Positions 38,930 to 51,970 of a stretch of DNA of 64,000 bases are shown piece by piece. The notes under the pieces were generated by a model. The model was not told where the DNA came from, did not search any database, and worked only from the letters and a program-made list of their open reading frames with translations. The position numbers were made by a program, and so were the translations under genes. Origin of the DNA: Felis catus (Eukaryota); assembly GCF_018350175.1 (NCBI RefSeq), contig NC_058368.1:141734001-141798000 (forward strand). Direction: 5' to 3'. The number at the start of each line of letters is the position of its first letter. The first letter of the stretch is position 1.

Positions 38930-40330
38930 ATGATGAACAGGCATAATCCTTAACTTCATGGAACTTATGGGGAGCTAAGGCTGTCGACAAGTAAGTACAC
39001 AAAATATTTATGACTATACATTGTATATTATATATAATTATAAATTATAAATGAAGGAACAGAACAAGTAACTAAGAAAGAGCATAACTGGGGACAATTT
39101 ACATTAGAAGGTTAAGGGAAGAAAGCCTCTACGAAGAGGTGATAATTACACTGAGATCTGAGAAAAACTGATAAATATCAGCCAGGTAAAAAGTGAGAGA
39201 AAGTGAATTCCTGGCAGAGGGATCATCACTGTGGAGTCCTGAGACAGGAAAAAGCTTGGAATGGAAATGAGGTTCAGGGGCTCTGGCAGAGGAAACTAAA
39301 GTAAGGCATAAATGAGATGGGGGGTTGGCCAGGACCAGATTCTTATAGGCACAGCAAGTTGCAACTGAAACATTATAAGCAGTGACGTCATATGATTGAA
39401 CTTCTGTCCTAAGAGATCTCTCAACTTTTAAAGTAAGAATAGGTTCCATTTAAGAATGGATTCGATCTGAAGGGGGAGATGTAAAACTGAGGAGACCAGC
39501 TGGGAAGCATTGCAGTGGTCCGGGTGAAGACGAGGGAGGCTTGCACTTAGTGGGAAAGTGAAATGGAGAGACATGAATGAGACTGAAATAACTGAGGGGT
39601 AGAATCAATAGGACATAGTGATGAATCCGATATATAGCAAGATGCAGAGAAAGATGATTCTCATGTTTCTGGGAATGTGGGTTGATTTACTAAGATTTGA
39701 AGGGGGAGCAGATAGGCAATGGGGATAGGAAATGACATTTTGCATTTGAGATGCCTCTGAGACATCCAAGAAAAAGAAGTCATTTGGTATAGGAGTTTGG
39801 AGCTCAAATACATATTTGGGAGTCCTTGGCACATAGGTAGTATTAAAGCAGTGAGCTGGTGGGATCACTCAGGAAGAGAGTGTATGACATGCTTAGAGGA
39901 GACCCACAGCTGGGCCCAGACCTCTGAACTGATAAAGAAATTGGGGAGAACACTAGAAGAATGAAGTGCGACAGAAATAAAGAAAAATTGAGGCTTGGGA
40001 AGGAGGGAGTGGTCGGTTGCACTGTGAGAGGTAAGGTACGATGGAGCCTGAACAATACTCACCAACTGGGACTACACAGAAGTTCTTTGTGACACTGACA
40101 AGTCACAGGAGGGTGGGAGATGAAGCAGGAAGGGAGCTACAGAACCAAGAATGGGGCATGAAGAGAAGAAACAGCACTCCGAATACCTCCTGTGAAAAGC
40201 TTGGCTCTGAAGGAGAGCAGAGAGAGAATAGCTTGAGGAACATATGGGGACTAGAGGGATCTCTTACTATTTTATTTGAGAAATGGTAGAGCCTATCTGT
40301 GTGCCAAGGGCAAGGATCAAGCAGAATGCA
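38930..40330 (-). mobile_element. Long L2 LINE remnant
   Basis: Purine-rich degraded L2 motifs (gagatgcctctgagacatccaag, ggagaccagctgggaagcattgcagtggtcc). Confidence 0.7.
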
Positions 40331-40883
40331 AGAGGGAAGATGCCAGGGAGAAGAGAACAATGATGTCCTGAAGCTGCCAGACACCACACTCTATCTTCAG
40401 CCCCAGGTTCTAAAGTATCCTGCCTAAGGCCTGGAGGGGGTGATTTCCCCAGTGACTTCTTGGCAGTGGGGTCCTGTGTACCTTCTAAGGAGCACTCACC
40501 TAGCAGCAGAGGGAAGCAGAGGCTCCTTCCTACTGTGGAGGAAGAAAGGAGAGATAGATGAAAAAGAAAAGGGGCAGAAGGGGGAAGAGGGGAAGAAAAT
40601 AGAAAATGGGAATGGCCAGCCCTCCCCCGCCCACCTCCAGGTGGTTGATACAGGAGTGGAAGTGAACTCCAGGTGACAGAGGGGGGCTCTGACTCCTCAG
40701 AGGGCTGTCTTCCCCAGCTGAAGCTTAAGACTTGCCCAGACTCAGGAGGTTAGCTGCCAAGTCTTCTTTCCTTGCAGACCTCAGTCTTGTCAGTCCAGAG
40801 AAACTTCCAGTGTGGCAGCCACTATCCCAGAGCTGAGAAATCTGACTCTCATCTCTTTTTACCTCCCAATCCCCATCTAGGTC

Positions 40884-41113
40884 TTTTTGTTTTGTTTTAA
40901 AGTTTATTTTGTGAGAGACAGAGACAGAGACAGAGACAGAGAGCGCGCAAGTGGGGGAGGGGCAAAGAGAAAGGGAGAGAGAGAATCCCAAGCACACTGC
41001 TTACTGTTAGCGCCGAGCCTGACACAGAGCTCAATCTCACAAAAACTGTGAGATCATGACCTGAGTCAAGATCAAGAGTCAGGTTTTTAACCAACTGAGC
41101 CACCCAGGTGCCC
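40884..41113 (-). mobile_element. CAN-SINE
   Basis: (GAGACA)n tract; ends gagccacccaggtgccc; degenerate TSD cca(t/c)ctaggtc. Confidence 0.9.
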
Positions 41114-41545
41114 TTCCACCTAGGTCCTGAGCCACAGAGAACTGTGTGATTTCATTGAGCTATCACAAGAAGAAAGTGTTTTCCCTTCCCACCTAATTGG
41201 TTGTGTTTCCTGTAGGCATGGGGGTGAGGTGTGGGGAGGGGATGGCTTGCCCTGGCATCATTCATTCACTCTCTGAGGCATGAAATTTGATTACCAGTCT
41301 TTAACATGCATGACAACAAACGTTAATATTTGCCACAGAATTATCTAGCCCCCTTTGAAATTCATCTACAATGTTAGGCTCTTTGACCCCTACAGGTAGG
41401 GAATGCTACAGACTAACTTCATGTCACTTAATGCTGCTGCATCCACTATACAAATAAAGCCTTTCTTATAATATAAGACATAAGAACAAAGAAGTTCCTG
41501 ACTTCTGGAAATAAATAGTACACTTCAATATTACACTACTACACT

Positions 41546-41600
41546 TCAACTCATTAGATTTTTGAGTTGCATAACCAGCCAGAATCTTCTTTACTTGTCT
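41546..41600. repeat. Direct repeat copy 1 (55 bp)
   Basis: 53/55 identical to 42489-42543. Confidence 0.9.
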
Positions 41601-42488
41601 CCTAAGCATCAGCTTACTTTATAAAGCAACCAGCTAGCAATGATTCTTCAGTCTCCCACTTAAACCTTCAATTAGTCTTTTGCCCAATGAAATGTCTTTT
41701 TTGTTGTGATTAGCATCCTCAGTCACTGTTTTTAGAACATTAAAAAAAAAATCACCAACGAGCACTGGTTAACATGCTTATTACCTTACATATCTCTCAA
41801 CTCTTCCAAATTCACTAGTATACCAGAAAAAGATCCAACTTCTTTCAGCCTTTAAGTCTGCTGTCCAAAGGTCTGAGCATTTTCTGACTTCCAGGTGGTG
41901 GTGAGCTGGGAGTCATATCTGAAACTTTTGGCTGGGGGAGGAGACATTCGAATTTTAAAAGCAGGAGCCACCACTTGACTTCTTTCTCTGGAAGATCAAC
42001 TGCCTTCCCACTGCCTCTTCTAATATTCATCACAGTCTTAAAACCCATTATTCAACATAGTATCTTTCCACCTGGTGACAAGGAGCCACTTCTGTAGTGT
42101 GTGCTTTCTCTGCTCCTTCCTTTCCTCTCTCGTGCATCCCTCCCAGATGGGCCTGTGCTTCTTGTTAGAGTGGCTTTCTTCCTTGTTCAACTACACCTGG
42201 CATTGTGCTTTTGCCTGACCACAGGCCATTTCAAAATGCTCGTTCTTTATAGCGTAACCTTTTCTTGTGCTGAAGCCTTATCCTTCATTTTGCTCTATAC
42301 AGCACTCGTCACAGGGCATAATATAATCAAGACAATGGTGGCACAGAAGAAATAACAACCGAATGTAATTATCTATTGTGGAACTGCTCATGAGTAGTCT
42401 GCCTTCTGACAAACTATAGATAATAAAGGACAAAGCTGAGGAAAAGTCCATAGAACCTCACAATGTGAGGACTCCACCTCTGTCTCCA

Positions 42489-42543
42489 TCAACTCATTAG
42501 ATTTTTGAGTTGCATAAGCAGCCAGAATCTTCTCTACTTGTCT
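42489..42543. repeat. Direct repeat copy 2 (55 bp)
   Basis: 53/55 identical to 41546-41600. Confidence 0.9.
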
Positions 42544-45411
42544 AGGGCCAAGTGTCTTGTCAGTAGTAAGCAAAAAAATAAAAAATAAAAAAAGGATTGC
42601 TTTTTATCCATGCTGAGTTACTAAGATACAAACTTAGAAGTAATGCTCATGTTGAAGATTGTTACATATTTTGCAAATACTAAAAAGACATTAAAGTTGA
42701 TACAGTTTAGTTACATATATGTGTTACATATATGTGTAATGAAATCAGCATAGTTACATATATGTGTAATGAAAAGAAGCAATTTTGTTGTAACCAATGT
42801 CTTAAAAATTACACAAAGATAATATCTATGGTTTATGCTGTTTCTGCCATTTTGACTAGTGTTTTCACTTCTTGGTATATTAGGTTAATGCTCAAGGTCC
42901 ATTCAGTTTTTCAGCTTGCAAAATTAATGTCTAAGTGCTAATATGAGAGAAGTCAAATCTTATTTTTTTAGACTGCCTTGCTTCCAATGACTGGAATCAA
43001 CATATCCATCCATTCACACACTTCTCAAATATCAAACCAATGATGTTTATTCTTCCCTAATATTTGTTCAGGGCTTACTATGCCAAGCATTGTCTTAAAT
43101 GCTTTGATATATTGGTTAGTTTTATCTTCATGCTAATTCCGTAAGGTAGTAATATTGCTGTCTCCTAGATGAGGAAACTGAAGCCCAGACAGAATAAGTA
43201 CATTGTCCAAGGTCACAACATGAATTTGCCTGCAGAACCTAGGTTCATCTTGATTAATTGCAACCCTGCCTCCATAATGAATCTGGACTATAGCTGAGGA
43301 ATAAAATCTGAGAACTTACTGGTAACACATGGAGAAAACTGAAATTACATAATCAATTAAATGATCAAATAAGTTAATATTTGGAATAGGTATGAGGTTG
43401 GATTTATAGATAAAATTCCCCAACTCTTCCTACCTGATATGTTCCTAGTACATCTGGAAACAATGTACATGTCTCATCACATGTCCCTAATGCAATTCTT
43501 GAGGACTTTGGTAAAATTTTACATGACTCAGCACCTCACTTCCTGCTCTGGCCATAGGACTTTCGGCCAGAAATAAGTATTTTCATGATTTCATTTAGCA
43601 AATATTTAGCTGCTGAAGTGAAGAGACAGCCAGGGCTGCTGTCAGATGTACTGCTTAGGGGTGGTTTGCTGGGATGTGAAGCCTAGAATGGACTATAATT
43701 CAGCCAGGCCAGAATACAAAGCCTAAAATGTGATTCAATTTTCTAGTATAATCTCATAAAACAAAAGAAAACAAAAAATAAACAAAAATGTCTCACCTAA
43801 GAAAATCTCTTAATTTCTTCAAAATTTACTTCTATGCAAAGTGTCTTGGAATGGAATAGTTATTAATTAGGCCAGAGATTTTATTATCTTTTATTATATT
43901 CTAAGAATACACCTCTTTTTACTGACACTACAAGGCAAATTCACAGCTTTATTGTGAGCTCAAAACCAAATTTTGTAGAAGGGGCTTCTGGTATCTATCA
44001 AACCTTCTTTAAAAGTACTTTACAAGGCTTTCTGCTACATTTCCTGACTTTCAACAGCTAGAGGTGCAGGTAGTGAATTGTTATGTGTGGACGTACCTAG
44101 AACCATCAATGGTGTATCTATTAATATTGGTTTCTAATGGGTGAGAGATGCAAAGAAAAACAAGTACCTGGTCCCTGCCCAGACATAGGCAGCTGGTCCA
44201 GTAGATGGTAAAACCAGGTAAGCTGTCATGATATAGCTAGAGAACAATTTTAAGCAATACAAATAATTAGGGTGTTTGTTCTGTGAGGGAATGTAGTGTT
44301 AGAGGAGCACTTTCATCAAGAGAAGCTACTTAAAGTCAGAAGTAGTAATATGTAATTTTAGAACGATTATGCTAAATTAATTATCTATGTAGTGGCAAGA
44401 AAGCTGAATAATTTTACTTCCTAAATTTGCAAAGGATGTCTACAGGGTGATTGAGTTCTTAGCAAATCAAATAAGGGCAACGGGAATAATTTCCTGTGTG
44501 ACTTGAGGCAAGCTCATTCCTTGTTTTGGGCTTCGGTCTTCTTGTCTATAAAAGATGGGGTTAAACTGGAAAATTCTGTGGGTCTCTTGACAGCTGTAAC
44601 ATCCTGAGGTATGACTGTGTCTCCATGCATAGAAATAAGACAAATCTGTAAAGTGCCCAGCTTTTAGAAGGATCTATGAAACAAGGAAGGGTGTGCCATG
44701 ACTGTCCCCTGGGGGAGGCAAGGGATGAAGACATTTCCCAGCCGATGTTCCTGAGATATTTTCTTCATAGCGCTCAGAGAAATCTTTTCTTATCTTGGTG
44801 AATCTTCTCTGAAGGGCTTCATCAAACTTCAGGACAGATGGCATCCCTCACTTCTGCTAATTCTGAATCCTAGCAACATCTATACCCTCTCTCTAACTTT
44901 TAAGCTGTTTGATAGAGTTGACTGATTTTCTTTCTAAACTCATATGCTCTCATTTATCTATTTCCCTAGGATCTCTGTTTCTCTCTCGAATTCAGATTGA
45001 GTTAATCAATTTTACTATCACCACTCCCCAGTTGATTAAATCCTAAATTTTATCATCAGAGTATTTTCAGGAGATAATATGTTATAAAGTTTAAAGTAAT
45101 TTTTAATTAACATCATAATATGCTCATAATTGCATTTTCCATAAATTTCTTTAAACTTATGGAATCCTGGTTGAAGGCAGAGTTTGAACCCCAAAACTAA
45201 TCACTGGATATTTCCCAAGATACAATATGGTAGACTTCTCACCTTAACAAACTAATTTTTGTAGCTGCTTTCTTTATATGACATTAGGAAAAATAATATT
45301 AATACATTTGACATTTTCCAAGTATAATCCAAATAATACCACATAAATGTAAGATGAGGATGCTCATAATCTCTGTAGTAACTTAATGTATGATATTTAA
45401 AAACAAGTTTC

Positions 45412-45639
45412 GGGGCGCCTGGGTGGCGCAGTCGGTTAAGCGTCCGACTTCAGCCAGGTCACGATCTCGCGGTCCGTGAGTTCGAGCCCCGCGTCAGGCT
45501 CTGGGCTGATGGCTCAGAGTCTGGAGCCTGCTTCCGATTCTGGGTCTCCCTCTCTCTCTGCCCCTCCCCCGTTCGTGCTCTGTCTCTCTCTGTCTCAAAA
45601 ATAAATAAAAAACGTTAAAAAAAATTTAAAAAAAAAAAC
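45412..45639 (+). mobile_element. Young SINEC_Fc
   Basis: CpGs retained; TSD aaaacaagtttc at 45400-45411 and 45640-45651. Confidence 0.95.
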
Positions 45640-45654
45640 AAAACAAGTTTCTAT

Positions 45655-45890
45655 GGGGCACCTAGGTGGCGCAGTCGGTCGGTTAAGCATCCGACTTCAG
45701 CTCAGGCCGTGGTCTTGTGGTTCGTGGGTTCCAGCCCTGCATTGGGCTCTGTGCTGACAGCTCAGAGCCTGGAGCCTGTTTCGGATTCTGCGACTCCCTC
45801 TCTCTCTGCTCCTCTCCCGCTTGCACTCTGTCCCTCTCTGTCTCTCAAAAATGAATAAATATTTAAAAAAAATTTTTTAAATAAATAAAA
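45655..45890 (+). mobile_element. SINEC_Fc-type CAN-SINE
   Basis: Full head, body and tail directly after the previous SINE. Confidence 0.92.
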
Positions 45891-47939
45891 GGAGGAAGTC
45901 ATTAAAAAAAGTTTCTAGAATTAACTAAATTAATTAAATGCCACATGGCTAATGTATAAGTCCCTGTCATGTTAGTTTAGTATATTAAAACCACAATCCT
46001 TATTTTACTTAACAAATAATCCTTATTACTATAAACCAAAGTCAAGACTACAGTTACTTGTAACACATCCCTCTGGACAGAAAACTTCACTTAGTTATGC
46101 ATTCAAAGAGCTTATTTGCTTCTGAAGATGTTTATGTGACCTCTGGAGAATGCACCGCAGTGCAGATTTGCCCAAATCAATTTGGCTCTTTTGACTGACC
46201 ACAGGGGCCAAGTCAATAAGAAAACATCAAGTCAGTCAAAAAACTGCTTTATGTTTTATAAACCAACTTCACTAGTCAAATGGGCTAAAACCATCAAACC
46301 AGTTCAGGTTGATGGACAGTCTTCATTTAATCCCAGTAGAAGAGAAACTGCCCATCATTCCCATTCCTTCAAATAACAAGAGTTGGGCCCACGTGGAACA
46401 AACCTGAGAGTGAGTTTCTGATCTAACACAAAAGCCAATCCTCAAACATTACAACAGAAACAGCACAGGGAAGTAGGAGCGTGGCCCCATCTCAGCCAGC
46501 TCAGGGCCACAGTTAGGCGGGGGGAGGGGTTGGGGGGGTAGGTGGTTGTCAAGGGGGACCTTTTGATTCACAGAAGTGAGCTGCAAAGTAGAGATGAGGC
46601 ACTCTGAATCATAACATCTCTGCTTGGTGGATATTTTCCAAACAAATGCTCTTTTCTCCTTTCCAGTAATAATTCCACATCCATTCTCTGTATTCTTGAA
46701 CCATCACACCTGTTGACATTTTGGGTATCACAAGAAAGCCCTGAAAGATGAGAGGAGAACCCACTGAAGTTATTTGTGCTTTTAGTTATTTCTGAGAGAA
46801 AGGTGAGACTGCAGCAAACCAGTAAAGCCACGTGCTGTATCAAAGCTCAAAGTCTCACATAAAGGCACCACCTGTAGCTTCTCCTTTGAAAGAAAAGTCC
46901 TTGGCAAACAATGGCCTGAGTGAGCCAGTTTAATCAGGCAGGAGTCAAGATCACTGAGACATAAATTAAGCATTCATCCTTGAGTAGCAGCCAAGCAGCC
47001 AAAGCCCCCATAATCCCAATTAATCCCATTTTGTGCAGTTGTCCTTGGGCCAAGGGCAGAGGGGAAGAGAATTTGCACATGTTGGTTCCGCATCAGCTCT
47101 TTACCTTTACAGAGGGTGGGTCTGTAATAAAGGAGTGCACCTATACAAGTGTTCTTGTCCTGACGGTGTAGCAATTAGCGCCCTCCCCTGCCCAGCTTCT
47201 GCGATCTTGTCAGCAAGAACTTACTTCAAGGACACCCTACACTTACAGAGAGTTAGATGCTCGGGATCCTTTACGACAGACATGACTCTGTTTCGTTCTT
47301 TTTGTACAACCGAATTCCCATCACCAACTCCTGTAGTCACACAAAGGGAACATTCTACAATCTCCTTGGAACTCATTTTTTTCAACTGATGCTCTGTTCT
47401 GGACGAAAAGTTGACTAGCTTCCCAGGGATAGGAAATTTCCTTCCAGAGAGCAGCCATTCTGTCCATAGATAGAAATCAGCCTAATAGGACACTGCTCAC
47501 CTCTCTTGCTCCTTGTGGAAAGGAAACTCTACTTGCTCTCTGCGGACAAATCCTCACCTTTGCTACAGATTCACTGTGCTCAGGGCCTCAGGTCCACTTC
47601 CCACTTTATCAGAAGCTGGCCCAGACACCAGCTGAGTGGAAAGGGCTCTGTGACAGAGACTGCTGGCTGACTGGCCACCAAAAGCCTTCCCTCCTTCTTC
47701 AGACATACTCATAGGCCCTTGTCTCCAGACTTCCTTGTAGTTGGGGGGAAGAAAGATGACATATAACTAGACTCTCTCCAGTAGAACATGAGCACAGGTG
47801 GTGTGGACCTTTATTACCTTGGCCTACAAAAACCTCCTACATATTCCTCTGTGTTCTTTCCCCCTTTCTGGCTAAGATGGAAATAGATATCTAAACATAC
47901 ATACACACACACACACACACTCCCCCATATTGTCCTGAA

Positions 47940-48170
47940 TTTTTTTTAATGTTTATTAAGTATTTTTGAGAGACAGAGAGAGTGAGAGGGAGAGAGAGAA
48001 TATTCAGGCTTCCAAGTGGGGTTGGGGCAGAGAGAGAGAGAGAGAGACAGAGCATCCAAAGTGGGCTCTGAACTGACAGCAGGGAGCCTGATGCAGGGCT
48101 CAAACTCATGAACCATGAGATCATGACTTGAGCCAAAGTTGACTTAGCTGACTGAGGCACCCATGTGTCC
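47940..48170 (-). mobile_element. CAN-SINE
   Basis: T-rich tail, GA tracts, degraded head. Confidence 0.85.
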
Positions 48171-48177
48171 CTCCCCC

Positions 48178-48371
48178 TTTTTTTTTGAGAGAAAGAGAGA
48201 GAGAGCAAGCACTTGCAAGATGCAAGCTGGGGAGGGGTAGGAGAGGGAGAGAGAATCTTAAGCAGGCTCCAGACCTGGTGTAGAGCCCAACACAGGGCTC
48301 AGTCGTGAGATCATGACCCAAGCTGAAATCAAGAGTCAGATGTTCAATCAACTGAGCCACCCAGGTGCCCC
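48178..48371 (-). mobile_element. CAN-SINE
   Basis: Ends gagccacccaggtgcccc. Confidence 0.88.
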
Positions 48372-48402
48372 TGAAAGTCAAGTTTTAAAGATGGGAGTGT
48401 CT

Positions 48403-48615
48403 GGGGCACCTGGGTGGCTCAGCCAGTTAAGCGTCTGACATCGGCGCAGGTCATGATCTCGAGGTTTGTGAGTTTAAGCCCGTGGGCTGACAGCTCAGAG
48501 CCTGGAGCCTGCTTCAGATTCTGTGTCTCCCTCTCTTTCTGCCCCTCCCCCACTCGTGCTCTGTCTCCGTCTCTCAAAAATAAATAAACACATTTTTAAG
48601 AAGTTAAAAAAAAAA
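48403..48615 (+). mobile_element. SINEC_Fc-type CAN-SINE
   Basis: TSD aaagatgggagtgtc at 48387-48401 and 48616-48630. Confidence 0.92.
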
Positions 48616-49849
48616 AAAGATGGGAGTGTCATCAGCCTGGATCCCAAAGGACTACACAGAGCACAGCCACATATCCTCTTTATCTTTTTGAACCTTATAT
48701 TTCCAACCTTATTGTACTGTTGGGCGAAAAAGAAATAAATTCCCTTTGTGCTGAGCAATTACATGTTTGGGTCTTTCTGTTACCATAACCTAATCTACCC
48801 AACCATGCAGGCTAAAAACCCATCAACTTCTTGATATTCTATAGGGCTCTAACTCTGGACTGTTGATCTTCTCTGGCCACAGGTCAGGAGAGAGGAAAGA
48901 GAGGTCAAGGTGGTCAGGACTCCACAGCCCAACCAGAATCTTGCAAACCTGAGCTTCAGAAGCTCCCTGAACTCTCTGTCTACATCCATCTTTTCCTGTA
49001 TGTGAGCCCTTATGTTCTCTGTACTGATGGTGAGCCAGGCTCTCAGGGTCTTCTCCATTCAGAAGTACAGGCCTTTCTGGCTCTCACTCAGCTGACTCAT
49101 TTGTGACTCAGACCTATGAGTCAAGCCCCTCAAGGTAATAGAGAAGTAAGCCCTGACCTTTTGTGCGAATTGGGCTGAGAAGAAATCTGCATGCCTTTCA
49201 CTGAAACTTTTCACTCTAAATCAAACTTAAAAGAATGATGTCTGTGGGCTCTTGTTTTAACTGCAGTGAGTCTCTGTCCCTTGAAGTCTTTGTTTCCTGA
49301 AGAATGTCAACTTTAATTTCCAGAATTTCAGTTAATTGTTTAAAAATAAATTTGAGAAAAAGAAATAAAAATAATGCCTATTTATTGATCTTTGAAGATG
49401 TTAAGCATTAAATTTTTTAGAAGAAGTAGTAGAAAATAGTACTAGCATTCTCATGACAATATACTGGCATCAAGAGAATTGACTTTAGGGGATCTAATTA
49501 GCATTAATAACAGGACAAATGGGACATTAAACACTTTGATCAATGTTAAGTTTAAAAAAAACCCCACGTGTGCTTTAAGCAGATAGGGCTGTTTTCTTTG
49601 AGAGAAAAAATACACTAATTTAATTAGAAAGGATCAGACTTGTTAACAGACAATGTAGAAAAGGTTCAGCTAAGGAAATCATTTGCTTATAAAAATCATT
49701 ATTTAATTTTTTTTGTTTTACTCAAACTCATCGATATTCATTTTGTGTTTGTTGATAAGAAGTTACAAAGCAAGGTAAGAAGCTGTACACTCCTGCAGGT
49801 AAGTCAGCACCCCCCTAGATAGGTAGGGCAGTTAAAACTGAGTTTCTAC

Positions 49850-50470
49850 TTATCTCTTACATTGCTGGTGGGAACATAAATCTGGCAGTTTCTACAAAAA
49901 TTAAACACTTACCATATGACTCAATAATTGGTACGTGGAGCATTTATTCCAAAGAAATGAAAACTTACATTCACATAAAACCTTTACACAATTGTTCATT
50001 ATCAGCTTCATTTGTAATAGCCAAAAGCTAGGAACCAAAATGTCCCATAATAGATGAATAATTAAACAAAGTGTAGTACATCTATACCATGGAATATTAC
50101 TCAGTCAAAAAAAGGAACCAACTATTTGGGTGCCTGGATGGCTTAGTCAGTTAAGTGTCCAACTCTTGATCTCAGCTAAGGTTTTGACCTCAGGGTCATG
50201 AGTTCAAGCCCCATGTTGGGCTCCATGCTGGACATGAAGCCTACTAAAAAAAAAAAAAAAAAAGGAACCAACTACTGATACATACAACAACCTGGATGGA
50301 TCTCAAGGACATCTGCTGAGTGAAAAAAAAAAAAAATCAATCTCAAAAGGTTATATACTATATGATTCCATTTATATAGCATTCTCAAAATGACAAAATT
50401 ATACAAATTAAGAATAGACTAGTGGTTGTCAGGAATCAGGGATTGTCAGCTATGGGGATGGGGAAGGTTA
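49850..50470 (+). mobile_element. Old L1 3' fragment with a nested short SINE
   Basis: cattgctggtgggaa...ccaaagaaatgaaaacttac...tggatggatctcaaggac...tatgattccatttatat. Confidence 0.8.
50128..50256 (+). mobile_element. Short CAN-SINE
   Basis: TSD aaaaaaaggaaccaacta at 50107-50124 and 50257-50274. Confidence 0.88.
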
Positions 50471-50548
50471 GTGAAAAAAAAAACCAACAACAATTTTCTA
50501 ATTTCCACTTCACATGGCACAAGTAATTTTAAACTCTTAAATATTTCT

Positions 50549-50756
50549 TTTTTTTAAGTTTATTTATTTTGAGAGAGTGAGAGAGCTCTCATGAGAGGGG
50601 TAGGGGCAGAGAGAGAAAGACAGAGAGGGAGAATTCCAAGCATGCTCTGTGCTGTCAGTGTGCCTGACTTGGGGCTCAATCATATGACTGTGAGATCATG
50701 ACCTGAGCTGAAACCGAGAGCTGGACGTTCAACTGACTGAGCCACCCAGGTGCCCC
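50549..50756 (-). mobile_element. CAN-SINE
   Basis: Flanking duplication ttaaatatttct; canonical head. Confidence 0.9.
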
Positions 50757-51634
50757 TACATTTTTAAATATTTCTAACTCTGTTTTCATGTGTGCTAAAT
50801 GTTTTGAACAGGAGTAGTCAATGCCACTTTCAGAATAATGATAATGCAAAGCATATTTTCCCATATGAAAGAAGCGGTCAGACGATCTGTATTAATCAGG
50901 GACTTCAAAAGTGAGGAAGACACTTTAGGGAGTATATAACATGATCTATTAAGGAGTAGGAGAGAAACATTAGAACACCTGTTTCTATTTATTGCATACA
51001 TAATGTATCTAAAATTTCTATTTTGGAGAGTCTTTTATAATGCATATATTAGTTTCATAGTACCATTATATCATTTACACAAGTAAATGTGACTATGTAC
51101 ATGCAAGCTCAAAAATGTTTCCCTGATAGGAAAGTATGAAGGCATATTCCTCAGAAAGATGTAAGAAGAGCCCTGATTGTTGGTCTTCTGTTTGCTTTCA
51201 ACTGTTGGTATCTGTGGCCTAAATTTCTGCTTTTAGTCTTCTTTTTTCCTCACTTAGTATGCATTTCTTGTGTGAGAAATCAACTCCCATAGTTAAAACT
51301 GCTGTCACCGTGGTAAAATGGTAAGACTCTAGAACCACAACATGCTCCTGAGCAAGCTTCAAATTCAGCTGCCCACAGAACATTAGTCCATCAATATGGC
51401 CCCAATAAGTAAGCACACCACCCCCACTCAAATTGAGCTCAATATTTTCCAGCCCTCCTCATTTTCAACCTGCTCCTTTTATTGTATTCCTCATCCTTGT
51501 CTGTAATTCACATGATCACCCTAGCCAGAAATATGATGGTTATCTGAGATTTTTTCCTTTCTCTTGCATTTCACATTGTTAACTTTTACTTTTTCATTAT
51601 CTCTCAATTCCTCCATGTATTAGACCTTCAGGTA

Positions 51635-51970
51635 CCAATGTAGATAAATCTCAAAAACATAAGAAAAGCAAGTTGTAAAAATATAGTATAATATGTAAAA
51701 TTCTAAACCCATAAAATAGTGTATATTGTTTATGGACATATACATTCACCTAAAAACTAAAAACCTGCATGAAAATAATATACCCAACCCCAGGACAGTG
51801 ATTATCTCTGTGGAAGGAAGGAGGAGGAATTAGAGATAAGGCCACATTTCTTTTTAAAAAGTTGCAACATGTTGACTTATGTTAAAGCTGGGTAGTGGTC
51901 ACATGAGTGTCAGTTATATTACTATGTGTTTAAAATATTTCATAATTTAAAACTTTTTAAGAAAAAAAAT
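51635..51970 (+). mobile_element. Old L1M 3' end within L2 remnants
   Basis: gataaatctcaaaaacata...caggacagtgattatctctg...aaaatatttcataat. Confidence 0.6.

Larger units (their letters stand above)
47650..48790 (+). mobile_element. MaLR LTR (MLT1-like) split by three SINEs
   Basis: MLT1-like ccagacttccttgtagttgg...ccagtagaacatgagcacagg and agaaataaattccctttgtgctgagc...tctgttac ends. Confidence 0.55.

Noticed and set aside
41546..42543. Hairpin-containing direct repeat as a CRISPR-like array
   Set aside because: Only two copies 943 bp apart in mammalian DNA, with no spacer array or cas genes
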